A stretch of 64,000 nucleotides of DNA from an uncultured Verrucomicrobiae bacterium (GTDB taxonomy: Bacteria; Verrucomicrobiota; Verrucomicrobiia; Chthoniobacterales; Terrimicrobiaceae): contig CAVPOC010000001.1 in NCBI GenBank assembly GCA_963706955.1, positions 128,001 through 192,000 of the forward strand, in the 5' to 3' direction. Numbering within the stretch: the stretch's first letter is position 1; each line of letters begins with the position of its first letter. The translations under genes and the position numbers were made by a program. Under the pieces are notes generated by a model that saw only the letters and a list, made by a program, of their open reading frames with translations, had not been told where the DNA came from and did no database searches. This document shows positions 40,554 to 49,984 of this stretch, piece by piece.

Positions 40554-41864
40554 ATGCAAAGTCTCCCCGGCTTTCGCGATTTCTATCCGCACGATTGCGC
40601 GCGGCGAAACTACATTCTCGACACGTGGCGCAAAGTAGCTCGTCGGTATGGGTTCGTTGAATATGACGGCCCTGTTCTCGAGCCGATCGAGTTGTATGAA
40701 AAAAAGAGCGGCGGAGAACTGCTCGGCCAACTCTTCGATTTCATGGACAAGGGCGGTCGGCACGTTGCCATGCGGCCGGAGATGACCCCAACGCTGGCGC
40801 GAATGGTCGCCGCGCGGGAGAAAGATTTTAAGAAACCCTTGAAGTGGTTTTGTTGTCCCCAATTCTTTCGATACGAAAAACAGCAGCGCGGCCGGCTGCG
40901 CGAGTTCTATCAATTTAATGCGGATATCATCGGAGAGTCTTCACCGGCCGCCGATGCCGAGATGATCGCACTCGCGATCGATCTCATGCGCGAGCTTGGA
41001 TTTACGGAAAGAGAGTTCGTGGTGCGCCTGAGCAGCCGCGAGGTCTGGTCGAGCTTCCTGAGCGAGAAGAGAGGAGGTGCCGGTGTGGAAAGGTCCGATC
41101 TCGATCAACTGCTGGCGGTGATCGATAAAGCAGAGAGACAGGAAGATTCGGTTAGCCAAAAGCAACTCGATCCCCTTGATATCAGGCTAGACGACCTGCG
41201 AACTTGGGCGGCGGATTGGAGCCAAAGGGTCGTTGCTGCCGATTCGCTGGTTACCAGCGCACCGTTGGCGCGCTTTCACGAACTTCTCCATTCACATCTC
41301 GAGCCAAGAGGCTTGCTCAAATACGTCGAAGTGGATTTTTCCATTGTTCGCGGTTTGGCTTACTACACCGGCGCAGTCTTTGAAGTGTTCGATCGCGGCA
41401 GAAGAGAGCGGGCCCTAGCCGGAGGTGGCCGGTATGATGAGCTGCTCGCCCTGATGAGCGACGGCAAGGTTTCCCTGCCCGCCCTGGGAATCGGAATGGG
41501 CGATGTCGTCCTCGCGAACCTGATCGATGATACTCCGCACGCTCGAAACAGGATGGAGACCTGGATCGCGCAAAGCCATGCTGCCGATATTTTCATCGTC
41601 ATCGCGAAGGAAGAACGACGGCCTGACGCATTGACCCTGGTGCAGCAACTTCGCGATGATGGACTGAGGGTCGATTTTTCGCTCACTGCGCTGAAAGTTG
41701 GAAAGCAATTCCAAGCTGCCGATCAAGCAGGTGCCTCGCTGGTCATCCTGGTCGGAGAGGAGTGGCCGCAGGTGAAGATCAAGGTGCTGGCTACCCGTCA
41801 AGAAGAACAGATCTTGCACACGGAGCTTGCGGATTGGCTGCGAAATCGCCAAAAAAGCGCTTAA
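40554..41864 (+). CDS. hisS: Histidine--tRNA ligase
   Basis: PGFRDFYP, RPEMTP, FRYEK.QRGRLREFYQ, RGLAYYTG, GGGRYD. Confidence 0.97.
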   Translation: MQSLPGFRDFYPHDCARRNYILDTWRKVARRYGFVEYDGPVLEPIELYEKKSGGELLGQLFDFMDKGGRHVAMRPEMTPTLARMVAAREKDFKKPLKWFCCPQFFRYEKQQRGRLREFYQFNADIIGESSPAADAEMIALAIDLMRELGFTEREFVVRLSSREVWSSFLSEKRGGAGVERSDLDQLLAVIDKAERQEDSVSQKQLDPLDIRLDDLRTWAADWSQRVVAADSLVTSAPLARFHELLHSHLEPRGLLKYVEVDFSIVRGLAYYTGAVFEVFDRGRRERALAGGGRYDELLALMSDGKVSLPALGIGMGDVVLANLIDDTPHARNRMETWIAQSHAADIFIVIAKEERRPDALTLVQQLRDDGLRVDFSLTALKVGKQFQAADQAGASLVILVGEEWPQVKIKVLATRQEEQILHTELADWLRNRQKSA

Positions 41865-41934
41865 CCACAGAGCACACCAGGAGCGCCGAGGGGAAAACAA
41901 CAGCCTCGGCGATGTCGGTGTTCCCTGTGGTTAA
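41861..41934. repeat. 74-bp imperfect inverted repeat (MITE/REP-like hairpin) between hisS and aspS
   Basis: Terminal TTAACCACAG/CTGTGGTTAA, inner ACACC/GGTGT and CGCCGAGG/CCTCGGCG. Confidence 0.8.
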
Positions 41935-41945
41935 TTTTTCAATTT

Positions 41946-43790
41946 ATGACTTATCGGACGATAGATTGCGGCGCTCTGCGCAGATCGGATTCGGGGACGC
42001 CGGCCGTTCTTTGCGGCTGGGTTGATTCCCGCCGTGATCACGGCGGTGTGATATTCATCGATCTCCGCGACCGTAACGGGATTACGCAGGTGGTTTTTCG
42101 TCCTGAGGAACACCCAGAGGCCGCTACCGTCGCGCATGGACTTCGCCCTGAGGACGTCATTCAGGTCAAAGGGATAGTTGCTCCGCGACTGCCGGGAACC
42201 GAAAATCCCAAGCTCGCGACAGGCGAAGTCGAAGTGGTCGCCGATACGCTCAAGATCTTTAACCGCGCGGAGGTTTTGCCGTTTCCATTGAGCGAAGATG
42301 CGGTCAGCGAGGACCTTCGCCTTGAATATCGCTACCTGGATCTTCGGCGCGAGCAGATGGTTCGAAATCTCACGATACGCCATAAGGTGAACAAGGCGAC
42401 GCGCGACTACTTCGACGCACGAGATTTCATCGAGATTGAAACGCCCGTTCTTTCCAAGAGTACTCCGGAAGGAGCCAGGGAATTCCTGGTGCCCAGCCGA
42501 ATTTTCCAAGGGAAGTTCTACGCACTCTCTCAGTCTCCGCAACAATACAAGCAGCTGCTGATGGTCGGCGGAGTGGAGCGCTATTTTCAAATTGCCAAGT
42601 GCTTCCGCGACGAAGATCCGCGTGCAGATCGAATCACCGAATTAACCCAGATCGACGTGGAAGTTTCCTTCGTGACCGAGGAGGAAATTTTCGAGCTCAT
42701 TGAGGGTCTGCTGGCACAGATCTTTCTCGTTGTTCGTGGCGTGGAGGTTCCACGTCCGTTTCATCGGATGACGTATCACGAGGCGATGGACGCTTACGGG
42801 GTTGATAAGCCCGATCGCCGCTTTGGCATCGAACTGGTCGCTCTCGACGATGTCTTTCGTGACAGCCAATTCAAAGTATTTCGGGCGGCGCTTGAGTCCG
42901 GCGGGGTCGTCAAGGCGATCAATGCGAAAGGTCTAGCCGCGATCACAACCGGCCAAATGGAAAATCTCACCGAGATCGCCCGCCAGTCGGGTGCGCGGGG
43001 ACTTGCTTTTATCAAGGTTGAAAATGGCGAATGGAAATCACCGATCGTGAAGTTCTTTTCCGAAGCGGAGAAGAGCGCGCTGGCCGCCCGCCTCAGAATC
43101 GAAGAGGGCGACCTCATCTTGTTTGGTGCAGACGAATGGGAGGTAGCTTGCACCGTTCTTGGCCGGATTCGGCTGCGGGTTGCCGAGATGTTGGGCCTCA
43201 ACAAGAACTCGAGCGCTCTCGAATTCTTGTGGGTGGTCAACTTTCCTCTGCTGACTTACAGCGATGAGGAACAGAAGTGGACCGCGGTTCATCACCCGTT
43301 CACGCGACCGCGAAGCGAAGATATTCCTTTGTTGGAGGCCGGCGAATTCGGCAAAGTTCGCGCTCAGGCCTATGATGTCGTCCTCAATGGTGTGGAGATC
43401 GGGGGTGGTAGCATTCGGATTCATGAGCGCGAGCTGCAGGCAAAAATGTTCGAAGTGCTCGGCATCCCGCCCGACAAGCAAGATCTGCTTTTTCCTCACC
43501 TCCTCAAGGCTTTCAAATTTGGCGCCCCTCCTCACGGTGGGATTGCTCTCGGGGTGGATCGCCTCGTCATGCTGGTGGTGGGAACTGACAATATTCGTGA
43601 CGTCGTCGCCTTTCCCAAGAACAACCGGGGAGAAGATTTGATGATGAGTGCGCCGAGCAATGCAGAGGCCCGACAACTTCGCGAGCTTGGTCTTCAGATT
43701 GCCAAGAAGAACCTAAGGCGATTTCAGGCGTTTGTCGGTTTGCAAATTTGCGTCGGGCGGGATACATCAGCTCCATGGTTTCACGCATAG
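41946..43790 (+). CDS. aspS: Aspartate--tRNA ligase, probably non-discriminating; true stop may lie near 43716
   Basis: RRDHGGVIFIDLRD, STPEGAREF, QSPQ.YKQLLM, CFRDED, HHPFT, GAPPHGG, AFPK. Confidence 0.96.
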   Translation: MTYRTIDCGALRRSDSGTPAVLCGWVDSRRDHGGVIFIDLRDRNGITQVVFRPEEHPEAATVAHGLRPEDVIQVKGIVAPRLPGTENPKLATGEVEVVADTLKIFNRAEVLPFPLSEDAVSEDLRLEYRYLDLRREQMVRNLTIRHKVNKATRDYFDARDFIEIETPVLSKSTPEGAREFLVPSRIFQGKFYALSQSPQQYKQLLMVGGVERYFQIAKCFRDEDPRADRITELTQIDVEVSFVTEEEIFELIEGLLAQIFLVVRGVEVPRPFHRMTYHEAMDAYGVDKPDRRFGIELVALDDVFRDSQFKVFRAALESGGVVKAINAKGLAAITTGQMENLTEIARQSGARGLAFIKVENGEWKSPIVKFFSEAEKSALAARLRIEEGDLILFGADEWEVACTVLGRIRLRVAEMLGLNKNSSALEFLWVVNFPLLTYSDEEQKWTAVHHPFTRPRSEDIPLLEAGEFGKVRAQAYDVVLNGVEIGGGSIRIHERELQAKMFEVLGIPPDKQDLLFPHLLKAFKFGAPPHGGIALGVDRLVMLVVGTDNIRDVVAFPKNNRGEDLMMSAPSNAEARQLRELGLQIAKKNLRRFQAFVGLQICVGRDTSAPWFHA

Positions 43791-44386
43791 TGCTGTTCTG
43801 CTTGGTCGGGATGGTCGTTTTTTCTGATCTGCGAGCCGGTCTTCTTGACGAGGTCCCCAAGAATAATCGCGATGAACTCGCTAGCGGCCAAGTCGTTGTG
43901 TTGAGCGAAAACGTTCAGGGCGTGCCTTGGCCCAGGCTCAAACTCTACCAGGTCGTCAATGCGCCGCCAAAAGTTGTCGCGGACCTTTTTACCGATTATG
44001 CCGCCGCACCCGATTACACCCCTGGTATGCTGGCAGCAAAGGTAATTGCGACCAATCCCGACGGGACTAAGGATGTGGAATACAAGGTTAAGATGCCGGT
44101 GGTCCAAAGCATTACCTACGTGGTCCGAAACGCCTACATTCAAAAGGGGAACTCGTATGAGGTCAGATGGAATTTGCTCCGCTCGCCGTTGGCGAAATCG
44201 AGCGACGGTTCCCTCCGGATTGAACCTTACGGAAAGGGCCAGACGCTGATGTGCTATACAAATCTCGTTGTCCCGATCACGAATCTGGTTGCGGGCCTGA
44301 AGAATCAGGCTCTGAACGAGGCCAAGACGACTGTTCGCGCCATTAAAGCGGAGGCCGAACGACGGGCCGCCGGAAAAGAAGCTTAA
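43775..44386 (+). CDS. Secreted START/SRPBCC-fold (polyketide cyclase-like) protein
   Basis: Signal peptide; VVNAPP..V..LFTDY.....YTPGM; W.L......DGS.RIEP pattern. Confidence 0.7.
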   Translation: MVSRIVLFCLVGMVVFSDLRAGLLDEVPKNNRDELASGQVVVLSENVQGVPWPRLKLYQVVNAPPKVVADLFTDYAAAPDYTPGMLAAKVIATNPDGTKDVEYKVKMPVVQSITYVVRNAYIQKGNSYEVRWNLLRSPLAKSSDGSLRIEPYGKGQTLMCYTNLVVPITNLVAGLKNQALNEAKTTVRAIKAEAERRAAGKEA

Positions 44387-44398
44387 TTCCTCGAATCT

Positions 44399-45736
44399 AT
44401 GAAGCCCTCCTTCTCTCCTTTTCGTGAAAAGATGCAGTCAGCAGGTCTGAGCGAAGCGGCGATTGCGGCATTTGAACGCTCCTTCAGCCTGCTGGCACGC
44501 AATGAAAGCGGCTTGATTCCTGAAAGCTCGATCCATCCGATTGAAGAGCTGCCCACCTATGAGCAGATCTCGCAGGAGAAGGGAGATCGCGAAGTGCTTG
44601 CCAAGGCCGTTATGCTCAAGCTCAACGGCGGCCTGGGAACCGGCATGGGATTGGAAAAGGCGAAATCCCTCTTGCCGGTGCGCAACGAGAATACTTTCCT
44701 CGACTTGATCGTCCGCCAGGTGCTTGCCGCCCGAAAGGAGACCGGCGCGAATGTGCGCTTCTTGCTGATGAATAGTTTCAGCACGAGCGACGACACTCGC
44801 GCCCATCTGGCTCGCTATTCGGAACTCGGCGATCCAGCCAGCCTCGAGCTCCTCCAGAACAAAGTTCCAAAGATCACTGTGGATACGCTGGCTCCCGTTG
44901 AGTGGCCGTCCGATCCGGATTTTGAATGGTGTCCCCCCGGGCATGGAGATCTCTATGCGGCCATCCTCGGGTCGGGGATGCTCGATCGCTTGATCAAGGA
45001 AGGATATCTCTACCTGTTCGTGAGCAACTCCGACAACCTTGGTGCGACCATGGACCCCGCGCTTCTGAACTGGTTCGCGAGCTCTGACATGCCCTTCTTG
45101 ATGGAAGTCACCGCGCGAACGGGTGCGGACCGTAAAGGCGGCCATCTTGCCAAGCGGGCGAGCGATGGCCAACTCCTGTTGCGCGAATCCGCGCAATGCT
45201 CGGACGAAGACATGGGAGCTTTTCAGGACATCGATCGCCATCGCTACTTCAACACCAACAATCTTTGGCTGCGGCTCGATCGCTTGGCGGAGGCGCTTGA
45301 CCGCAATGGCGGTCTCCTGCCCTTGCCGATGATCCGGAACAAGAAAACGGTGGATCCGCGCGATAAGAAGTCGCCTCCGGTCTATCAACTCGAGACTGCC
45401 ATGGGCGCCGCCATCGAGTGTTTTCCCGGAGCAGGCGCCGTTGTTGTTCCGCGGACGCGCTTTGCGCCTGTTAAAACAACGGCCGATCTTCTCGCGCTTC
45501 GCTCGGATGCCTATGTTATCACCGATGACGGCAGGGCGATGCTTGCGCCCGAGCGGAAAGGAATTCCGCCGGAAATCGAGCTTGATGGTGACCACTTCAA
45601 GCTCGTTGATCAATTGGACGCCGCTCTAGCTGATGGGGTGCCTTCGCTGCTCCACTGCCGTAAACTGACGGTGCGCGGCCCGGTGCGTTTCGCTGCTTCC
45701 GATCGCTTTGAGGGCGACGTCGAGATCGAGGCGTAA
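44399..45736 (+). CDS. UTP--glucose-1-phosphate uridylyltransferase, eukaryote-type family
   Basis: LKLNGGLGTGMGL.KAKS, LMNSF.T, WCPPGHGD, SNSDNLGA, FNTNNLW, QLETAMGAAI, RFAPVKTT.DL. Confidence 0.93.
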   Translation: MKPSFSPFREKMQSAGLSEAAIAAFERSFSLLARNESGLIPESSIHPIEELPTYEQISQEKGDREVLAKAVMLKLNGGLGTGMGLEKAKSLLPVRNENTFLDLIVRQVLAARKETGANVRFLLMNSFSTSDDTRAHLARYSELGDPASLELLQNKVPKITVDTLAPVEWPSDPDFEWCPPGHGDLYAAILGSGMLDRLIKEGYLYLFVSNSDNLGATMDPALLNWFASSDMPFLMEVTARTGADRKGGHLAKRASDGQLLLRESAQCSDEDMGAFQDIDRHRYFNTNNLWLRLDRLAEALDRNGGLLPLPMIRNKKTVDPRDKKSPPVYQLETAMGAAIECFPGAGAVVVPRTRFAPVKTTADLLALRSDAYVITDDGRAMLAPERKGIPPEIELDGDHFKLVDQLDAALADGVPSLLHCRKLTVRGPVRFAASDRFEGDVEIEA

Positions 45737-45737
45737 C

Positions 45738-45762
45738 TGTCGCGGCGGTGTCCCCGCCGCCG
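45738..45762 (+). repeat. REP-like palindrome (GTAG family variant)
   Basis: TGTCG-CGGCGGTG-TCCC-CGCCGCCG immediately after the stop codon. Confidence 0.7.
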
Positions 45763-45948
45763 AAAGGCCCAAGCCTCGACTGTGAGTACACTTTCCACAG
45801 TACTCCTTCGCGAGCCCTGCTCCAGGCCACGAGTAGAAAACTGGCTGCGCGCTTGTGGGTGAAACGGCTCGCCAATCGACAAACGCTCGGCCAAACGCCT
45901 CCACAAATATTTCCATTCACTGGAGAAGGGCGCGTTCCTTACGACGAC

Positions 45949-46617
45949 TCAGCTCATCGGTTCGGAGACGCGAACTCCGGCCGGCGGCTGAAAGCGGAAG
46001 TCCTCCGGTGACAGCTTTACCTTTCGCTCACCGGAAAAGATGATTGTAGTTCGGTCTCCTTCGGCGCCAGAGATCTCCACGCGCTTTGCGTAGAGCTGAT
46101 CGGAGATATCGACCTGGATTTCGGTGACCGCTTTGCGCAGGCTGGAGGTCTTTGGATGGAGCTTCATCCTATAGCCGTCAGCGATTTGCCAGGCTTGGAC
46201 TCGGTAGTTTTTGCCGAGGTCTTGAAGCCCAAAGCCCGAGGTCATAGCCGCAATTGACTCCCGCAGCGGGCGATTGGACGAAAGCGCGTATTTTTCGACT
46301 TCACGAAATTGGGGATAGAAGATCCAAAGTGTATCGCCGTTGCAAACCGTCAAGCTGCCGCCGTTAACCTCCCGTCGAAACATGTTTGGAGGAAGAAAGG
46401 ATACGATGCCGGTCTCGATGACCGGCTTTTCCATCAGAGCGAGACGGCGTTCTTCCCGGAAATTCGCCTGCATGCCTGAGCCGCCTCGGCTGTCTCCCAG
46501 ACGCGCGAGGAGCGCCTCCACGTCTTTTGAAGGGAGTTCTTGCGATTGGAGAACGGAGACGGCGCTCAGCAGCAGCAGCAACTGCCTCAAAGGCCAACCG
46601 GGACAAATTGATACCAT
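45949..46617 (-). CDS. LolA-like outer-membrane lipoprotein carrier
   Basis: Signal peptide; QANFREER.L.LM.KP..ETG......PN.FR.E, NGDTLW.FYP, L.PK. Confidence 0.82.
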   Translation of the reverse strand: MVSICPGWPLRQLLLLLSAVSVLQSQELPSKDVEALLARLGDSRGGSGMQANFREERRLALMEKPVIETGIVSFLPPNMFRREVNGGSLTVCNGDTLWIFYPQFREVEKYALSSNRPLRESIAAMTSGFGLQDLGKNYRVQAWQIADGYRMKLHPKTSSLRKAVTEIQVDISDQLYAKRVEISGAEGDRTTIIFSGERKVKLSPEDFRFQPPAGVRVSEPMS

Positions 46618-47507
46618 TGCAGTGGCGCGCGCTGGATCTCCTCGAAGAGCGCCGTTCCAAGAGCGCGGGTGCAGCGCGCGATCTCAGCATTGCGCTCGTT
46701 ATGAGGAACACGGTGCGCTGCGACGGCAGGTTTGGCGGTAATTCGATAGCCTCCATTCGACAGGAGGGTGACAACGACAGGTAGAATCTTGCATCCAGTC
46801 ATCCACGAGAGTAGCGCGGGCGAGGAGGAAAGCATGGTTCGGCCATTGGGCAGATCGAACGGGACGCCTCGCTCTGAGATCGGCCGATCTGCGAGCATCG
46901 CCATGCAATGACCCTCGTCGATCGCTCTGGCGACTTGAAGCGAAGAGAACGGGTCTGTGCCGACGGCAATGGTTTCCGTGCCCCAGCGTCGTCTCCAGGC
47001 AGCTCGCCACGAGGTGAGATCATCGGACGGTTCGCGAAGTGTGGCGATGGTAACCTTCTTACCCATTTGACCGAGGACGACAGCGCCAAACTCAAAGAAG
47101 CTGAAATGGCCGGTAGCGACGATCACGCCCTCACCCGAAGAAGTGGCCGCCTGAAGATGTTCGATCCCTTCGTGTTCGGCACAAAGGGAGAGTGCCTCGC
47201 TGGTCGGAAGCGCTCCCACCGCGACATAGTCCGCGATGGTTGCGCCAAAATTTACAAAGACCGAGACGGCGTCTTTTTCGGAGAAAGGCTCCTTGCGCAA
47301 GAGCGCGAGGTTGTCGCGGACAATCCTGCGAATGGCGGGCTGCGTCACGGCGTAGGTCCAGGCAACTGTTCGGCTGAGGGCTTGGGCACCCGGCCTGCGA
47401 AAGAAGGGATAGATTCTGGTGGCCAGCGCGAAGATGTTCGCCGAGTAAAGCTTTCGGTAGGCCCAGCGCTCCGTATGCGGTTTTTCGGCGGATAAAGGCG
47501 CGTGCAT
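46587..47507 (-). CDS. Lipid A lauroyl acyltransferase-like (LPLAT) protein
   Basis: EG.EHL, GVIVATGHFS.FE (H-x4-E), MLADR, PLQWYQF. Confidence 0.82.
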   Translation of the reverse strand: MHAPLSAEKPHTERWAYRKLYSANIFALATRIYPFFRRPGAQALSRTVAWTYAVTQPAIRRIVRDNLALLRKEPFSEKDAVSVFVNFGATIADYVAVGALPTSEALSLCAEHEGIEHLQAATSSGEGVIVATGHFSFFEFGAVVLGQMGKKVTIATLREPSDDLTSWRAAWRRRWGTETIAVGTDPFSSLQVARAIDEGHCMAMLADRPISERGVPFDLPNGRTMLSSSPALLSWMTGCKILPVVVTLLSNGGYRITAKPAVAAHRVPHNERNAEIARCTRALGTALFEEIQRAPLQWYQFVPVGL

Positions 47508-48256
47508 TAACGAAGGGCGTTCGCGGGCGGAATGACCGTACGATATCCCGCTTCACCCAGTTTTTCCAGAATTCGGCATACCGTTACGACCGCGTGTCGT
47601 GATCGTCCGTTCTCATGCATAAGGATAATCGCACCGGGGAAGATCGCGCGCATAATCCTGGTCGCAATGGCGGTCGGAGCTGCAGGACATCCATCGCACC
47701 CGTCGGCAGACCATCCCGTTACTCTTAGCCCAAGCTCAGACGCAATGGGATGAACCGAAAGGTTATTCATGCCGACGGGAGATCGAAAATACCGCGGCGG
47801 TCGTCCAGTTGCGCGAAGGATTGTCTCAAAGCCCTCCTCGATCTCGCGTCGCACCCATGGCCGTGGCATCACCCACCACCACCCCGCTGGATGTGATTGG
47901 GTGTGATTCTCGAGTGTGTGACCTTCGGCAAGGATTCGCGTGCAGAGCGATGGGTTCGCGGCGATCTTTCGACCGATCCCAAAGAAGGTTGCTTTGGCAT
48001 TGTGTCTGCCGAGCACGTCCAGAATATCGGAGGTAGTGCTGCCCGGTCCGTCATCAATGGTCAGCCAAACAGCGCGCTCCTGCGTATCAAAGTGCGTGAG
48101 AACTTTGCCGTGCCAGGTGCAATTTCTTCGCAAAGTGGGATAGAGCCAGAGAAAGTCATGGACCGCCCACGCGATGGCGCGGAGCCGTCCCCGCCTCGCC
48201 AGGACCCCAGCAATCGCCGCAAGCCGGCCGGCTAGGACAAGGTGTCGTGTTTCCAT
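47507..48256 (-). CDS. Polysaccharide deacetylase (CE4/NodB)
   Basis: LTIDDGP, ATFF.IG, ENHTQSH, FRSPVG, IILMHE. Confidence 0.9.
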   Translation of the reverse strand: METRHLVLAGRLAAIAGVLARRGRLRAIAWAVHDFLWLYPTLRRNCTWHGKVLTHFDTQERAVWLTIDDGPGSTTSDILDVLGRHNAKATFFGIGRKIAANPSLCTRILAEGHTLENHTQSHPAGWWWVMPRPWVRREIEEGFETILRATGRPPRYFRSPVGMNNLSVHPIASELGLRVTGWSADGCDGCPAAPTAIATRIMRAIFPGAIILMHENGRSRHAVVTVCRILEKLGEAGYRTVIPPANALR

Positions 48257-49020
48257 TGGTGTCTCAATCTCCAAACCGACCAAAGCTGCGTGAGCATTAG
48301 AAGACACAACCGTGTGTGTGTTCCTGCAAGCAGCAAGTTGTCACGAAGGTACTGGAAATGGCTGACTCCACCAAGCTCGCGCGCCGGGTAATGCACCGGC
48401 GCCAATTCATTAATCGGGCGAACGCCTGCCCAAAAGAGCCTCACGGCCAGCTCCGTGTCAAAGTCGAAGCGCCGAGCTGTCTTGATCGACTCCATGATCG
48501 TGACCGTCGGTGCCAGCGGGTAAACTCGAAACCCGAAAAGCGAATCGCGCACGCCGCCCCAGAGCGTCTCAAGATTGGCAAACCAATTGCCGACCCGGCG
48601 TCCCTCCACACGTTCGGAAGGAGCGTCCGGTCCAAAGATCGGGACACCGAGGATCATCGCTTCAGGATGGTCGATGGACATTCTCATGAAGCGGGCGATG
48701 TGGTCGGCGGAATGCTGGCCATCGGCATCCATGAGAAGTGCATGCGAGAATCCCGCCTCCAGGGCTGCTTTCATCGCCACGAGAGCCGCGCCACCTTTGC
48801 CATGATTTTGTGGCAGTGAGAAGAGACGCAACTCGCTCTGATCTCGTTGTAGAGCGTGCGCTTCGGCCACACTCGAATCGGTGCTGCCATCCAGGACGAC
48901 CCAGACCGGCTTCCACTTGTCAAGCACAGTGAGGATGGTTTGCCTTAGCAAATGACCGCTATTGTAACTGGGCAGGATAACCAGATGCGAACGGCCGCCG
49001 AGCGCAGGCGGGGGACTCAA
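48232..49020 (-). CDS. Glycosyltransferase family 2
   Basis: ILPSYN, DGSTD, NHGKG.A, MDADGQH, GFRVYPL, FDFDTE, GGVSHF. Confidence 0.92.
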   Translation of the reverse strand: MSPPPALGGRSHLVILPSYNSGHLLRQTILTVLDKWKPVWVVLDGSTDSSVAEAHALQRDQSELRLFSLPQNHGKGGAALVAMKAALEAGFSHALLMDADGQHSADHIARFMRMSIDHPEAMILGVPIFGPDAPSERVEGRRVGNWFANLETLWGGVRDSLFGFRVYPLAPTVTIMESIKTARRFDFDTELAVRLFWAGVRPINELAPVHYPARELGGVSHFQYLRDNLLLAGTHTRLCLLMLTQLWSVWRLRHQWKHDTLS

Positions 49021-49844
49021 GAGCGCCGGACCAGGCGAATGTCTTCGCCCGTATTTTCAAGGTGCTCGCGAAAGTAACGCTCGAGCCTTGCCGAGAGTTG
49101 CTGGGCACTTTCTTCTGGAGCAGCGCGAAAAAGTTCCCCGAGATGCAGTCGAAATCGGAACGGGGGGCGCGCTAAAGATAATAGCGGAAGGTCCTTTGAA
49201 AGATAACGTCCCTCACGTTCAATGAAGACGGTTTGAATCGGCGCACCCGTTTTCTTGGCAATCAAGGCGAAGCCATGCTTGAAAGAATTAATGGCCTGAG
49301 CCACCGTGCGAGTGCCCTCTGGAAAGATTAGCAAATTTTCGCCTGCCCGGATCTTTTCGATGCCCTGGCGGATGAGAATGGGTCCCTTATCGTTGGGAAC
49401 AAAGCCGGCCAGTCGGGCAGCGCCGCCGAGAAATGGACTTTCGATCAAGTTAGCGCGCATGATGCAAACGGTATTCGGAACAATCGAAAGCAAGATGACC
49501 GCATCGATGAGACTCGGATGATTCGGGGCGAGCACCGTTGCCCGTAGGTTTCGGAGCTTGTCGGCGTCAGGAAAGCTAATGTCGAATACCCCGATCCGGG
49601 AGGAGACCTGCAGCCATCCCTTGAACAAGCCGCGGATCAAGCGCTGGCCGAATGCCGGCGGAATCTGGTTGCCGAAACCGCGCGATAGTAGCGCGCAGAT
49701 TGGGCTTACGATAAGACCGATCGCGAAAAAGGAGAACAAACTGGAGATTTGCTTCAGATATTGCCAGCACGCTGGCAGCGAAAAAGATCGCGCAGAAAGA
49801 TGGTCTGCGGCGGGAGCAGGCGACTCGGCTCGCGCGGATGGCAT
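49017..49844 (-). CDS. PlsC-like lysophospholipid acyltransferase
   Basis: NHPSLID (HX4D), IFPEGTRT, F..GFA. Confidence 0.9.
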   Translation of the reverse strand: MPSARAESPAPAADHLSARSFSLPACWQYLKQISSLFSFFAIGLIVSPICALLSRGFGNQIPPAFGQRLIRGLFKGWLQVSSRIGVFDISFPDADKLRNLRATVLAPNHPSLIDAVILLSIVPNTVCIMRANLIESPFLGGAARLAGFVPNDKGPILIRQGIEKIRAGENLLIFPEGTRTVAQAINSFKHGFALIAKKTGAPIQTVFIEREGRYLSKDLPLLSLARPPFRFRLHLGELFRAAPEESAQQLSARLERYFREHLENTGEDIRLVRRS

Positions 49845-49984
49845 GGAAGAACTCTAACGGAAACTCTGGTGGAAAAAAGCCAAGAGATGACGGAAACGGC
49901 CAACTATTCGCCAGGCTCTTTGAGGACAAACAGCTGGGTTCGCCGGCAACACTTCGCTACAAGCGATGTTTCGCGATGCTCCCG

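Noticed and set aside
43717..43790. C-terminal extension of AspRS overlapping the next gene
   Set aside because: Non-conserved-looking tail with an out-of-frame TAA at about 43714-43716; probably another indel
44438..45613. Long antisense ORFs (also 618-1421, 15089-15955, 24322-25656, 26557-27492)
   Set aside because: They lie opposite well-supported genes and have no recognisable motifs, as expected in GC-rich DNA; only the tail of 24322-25656 carries a GT9 fragment, which is assigned to the pseudogene
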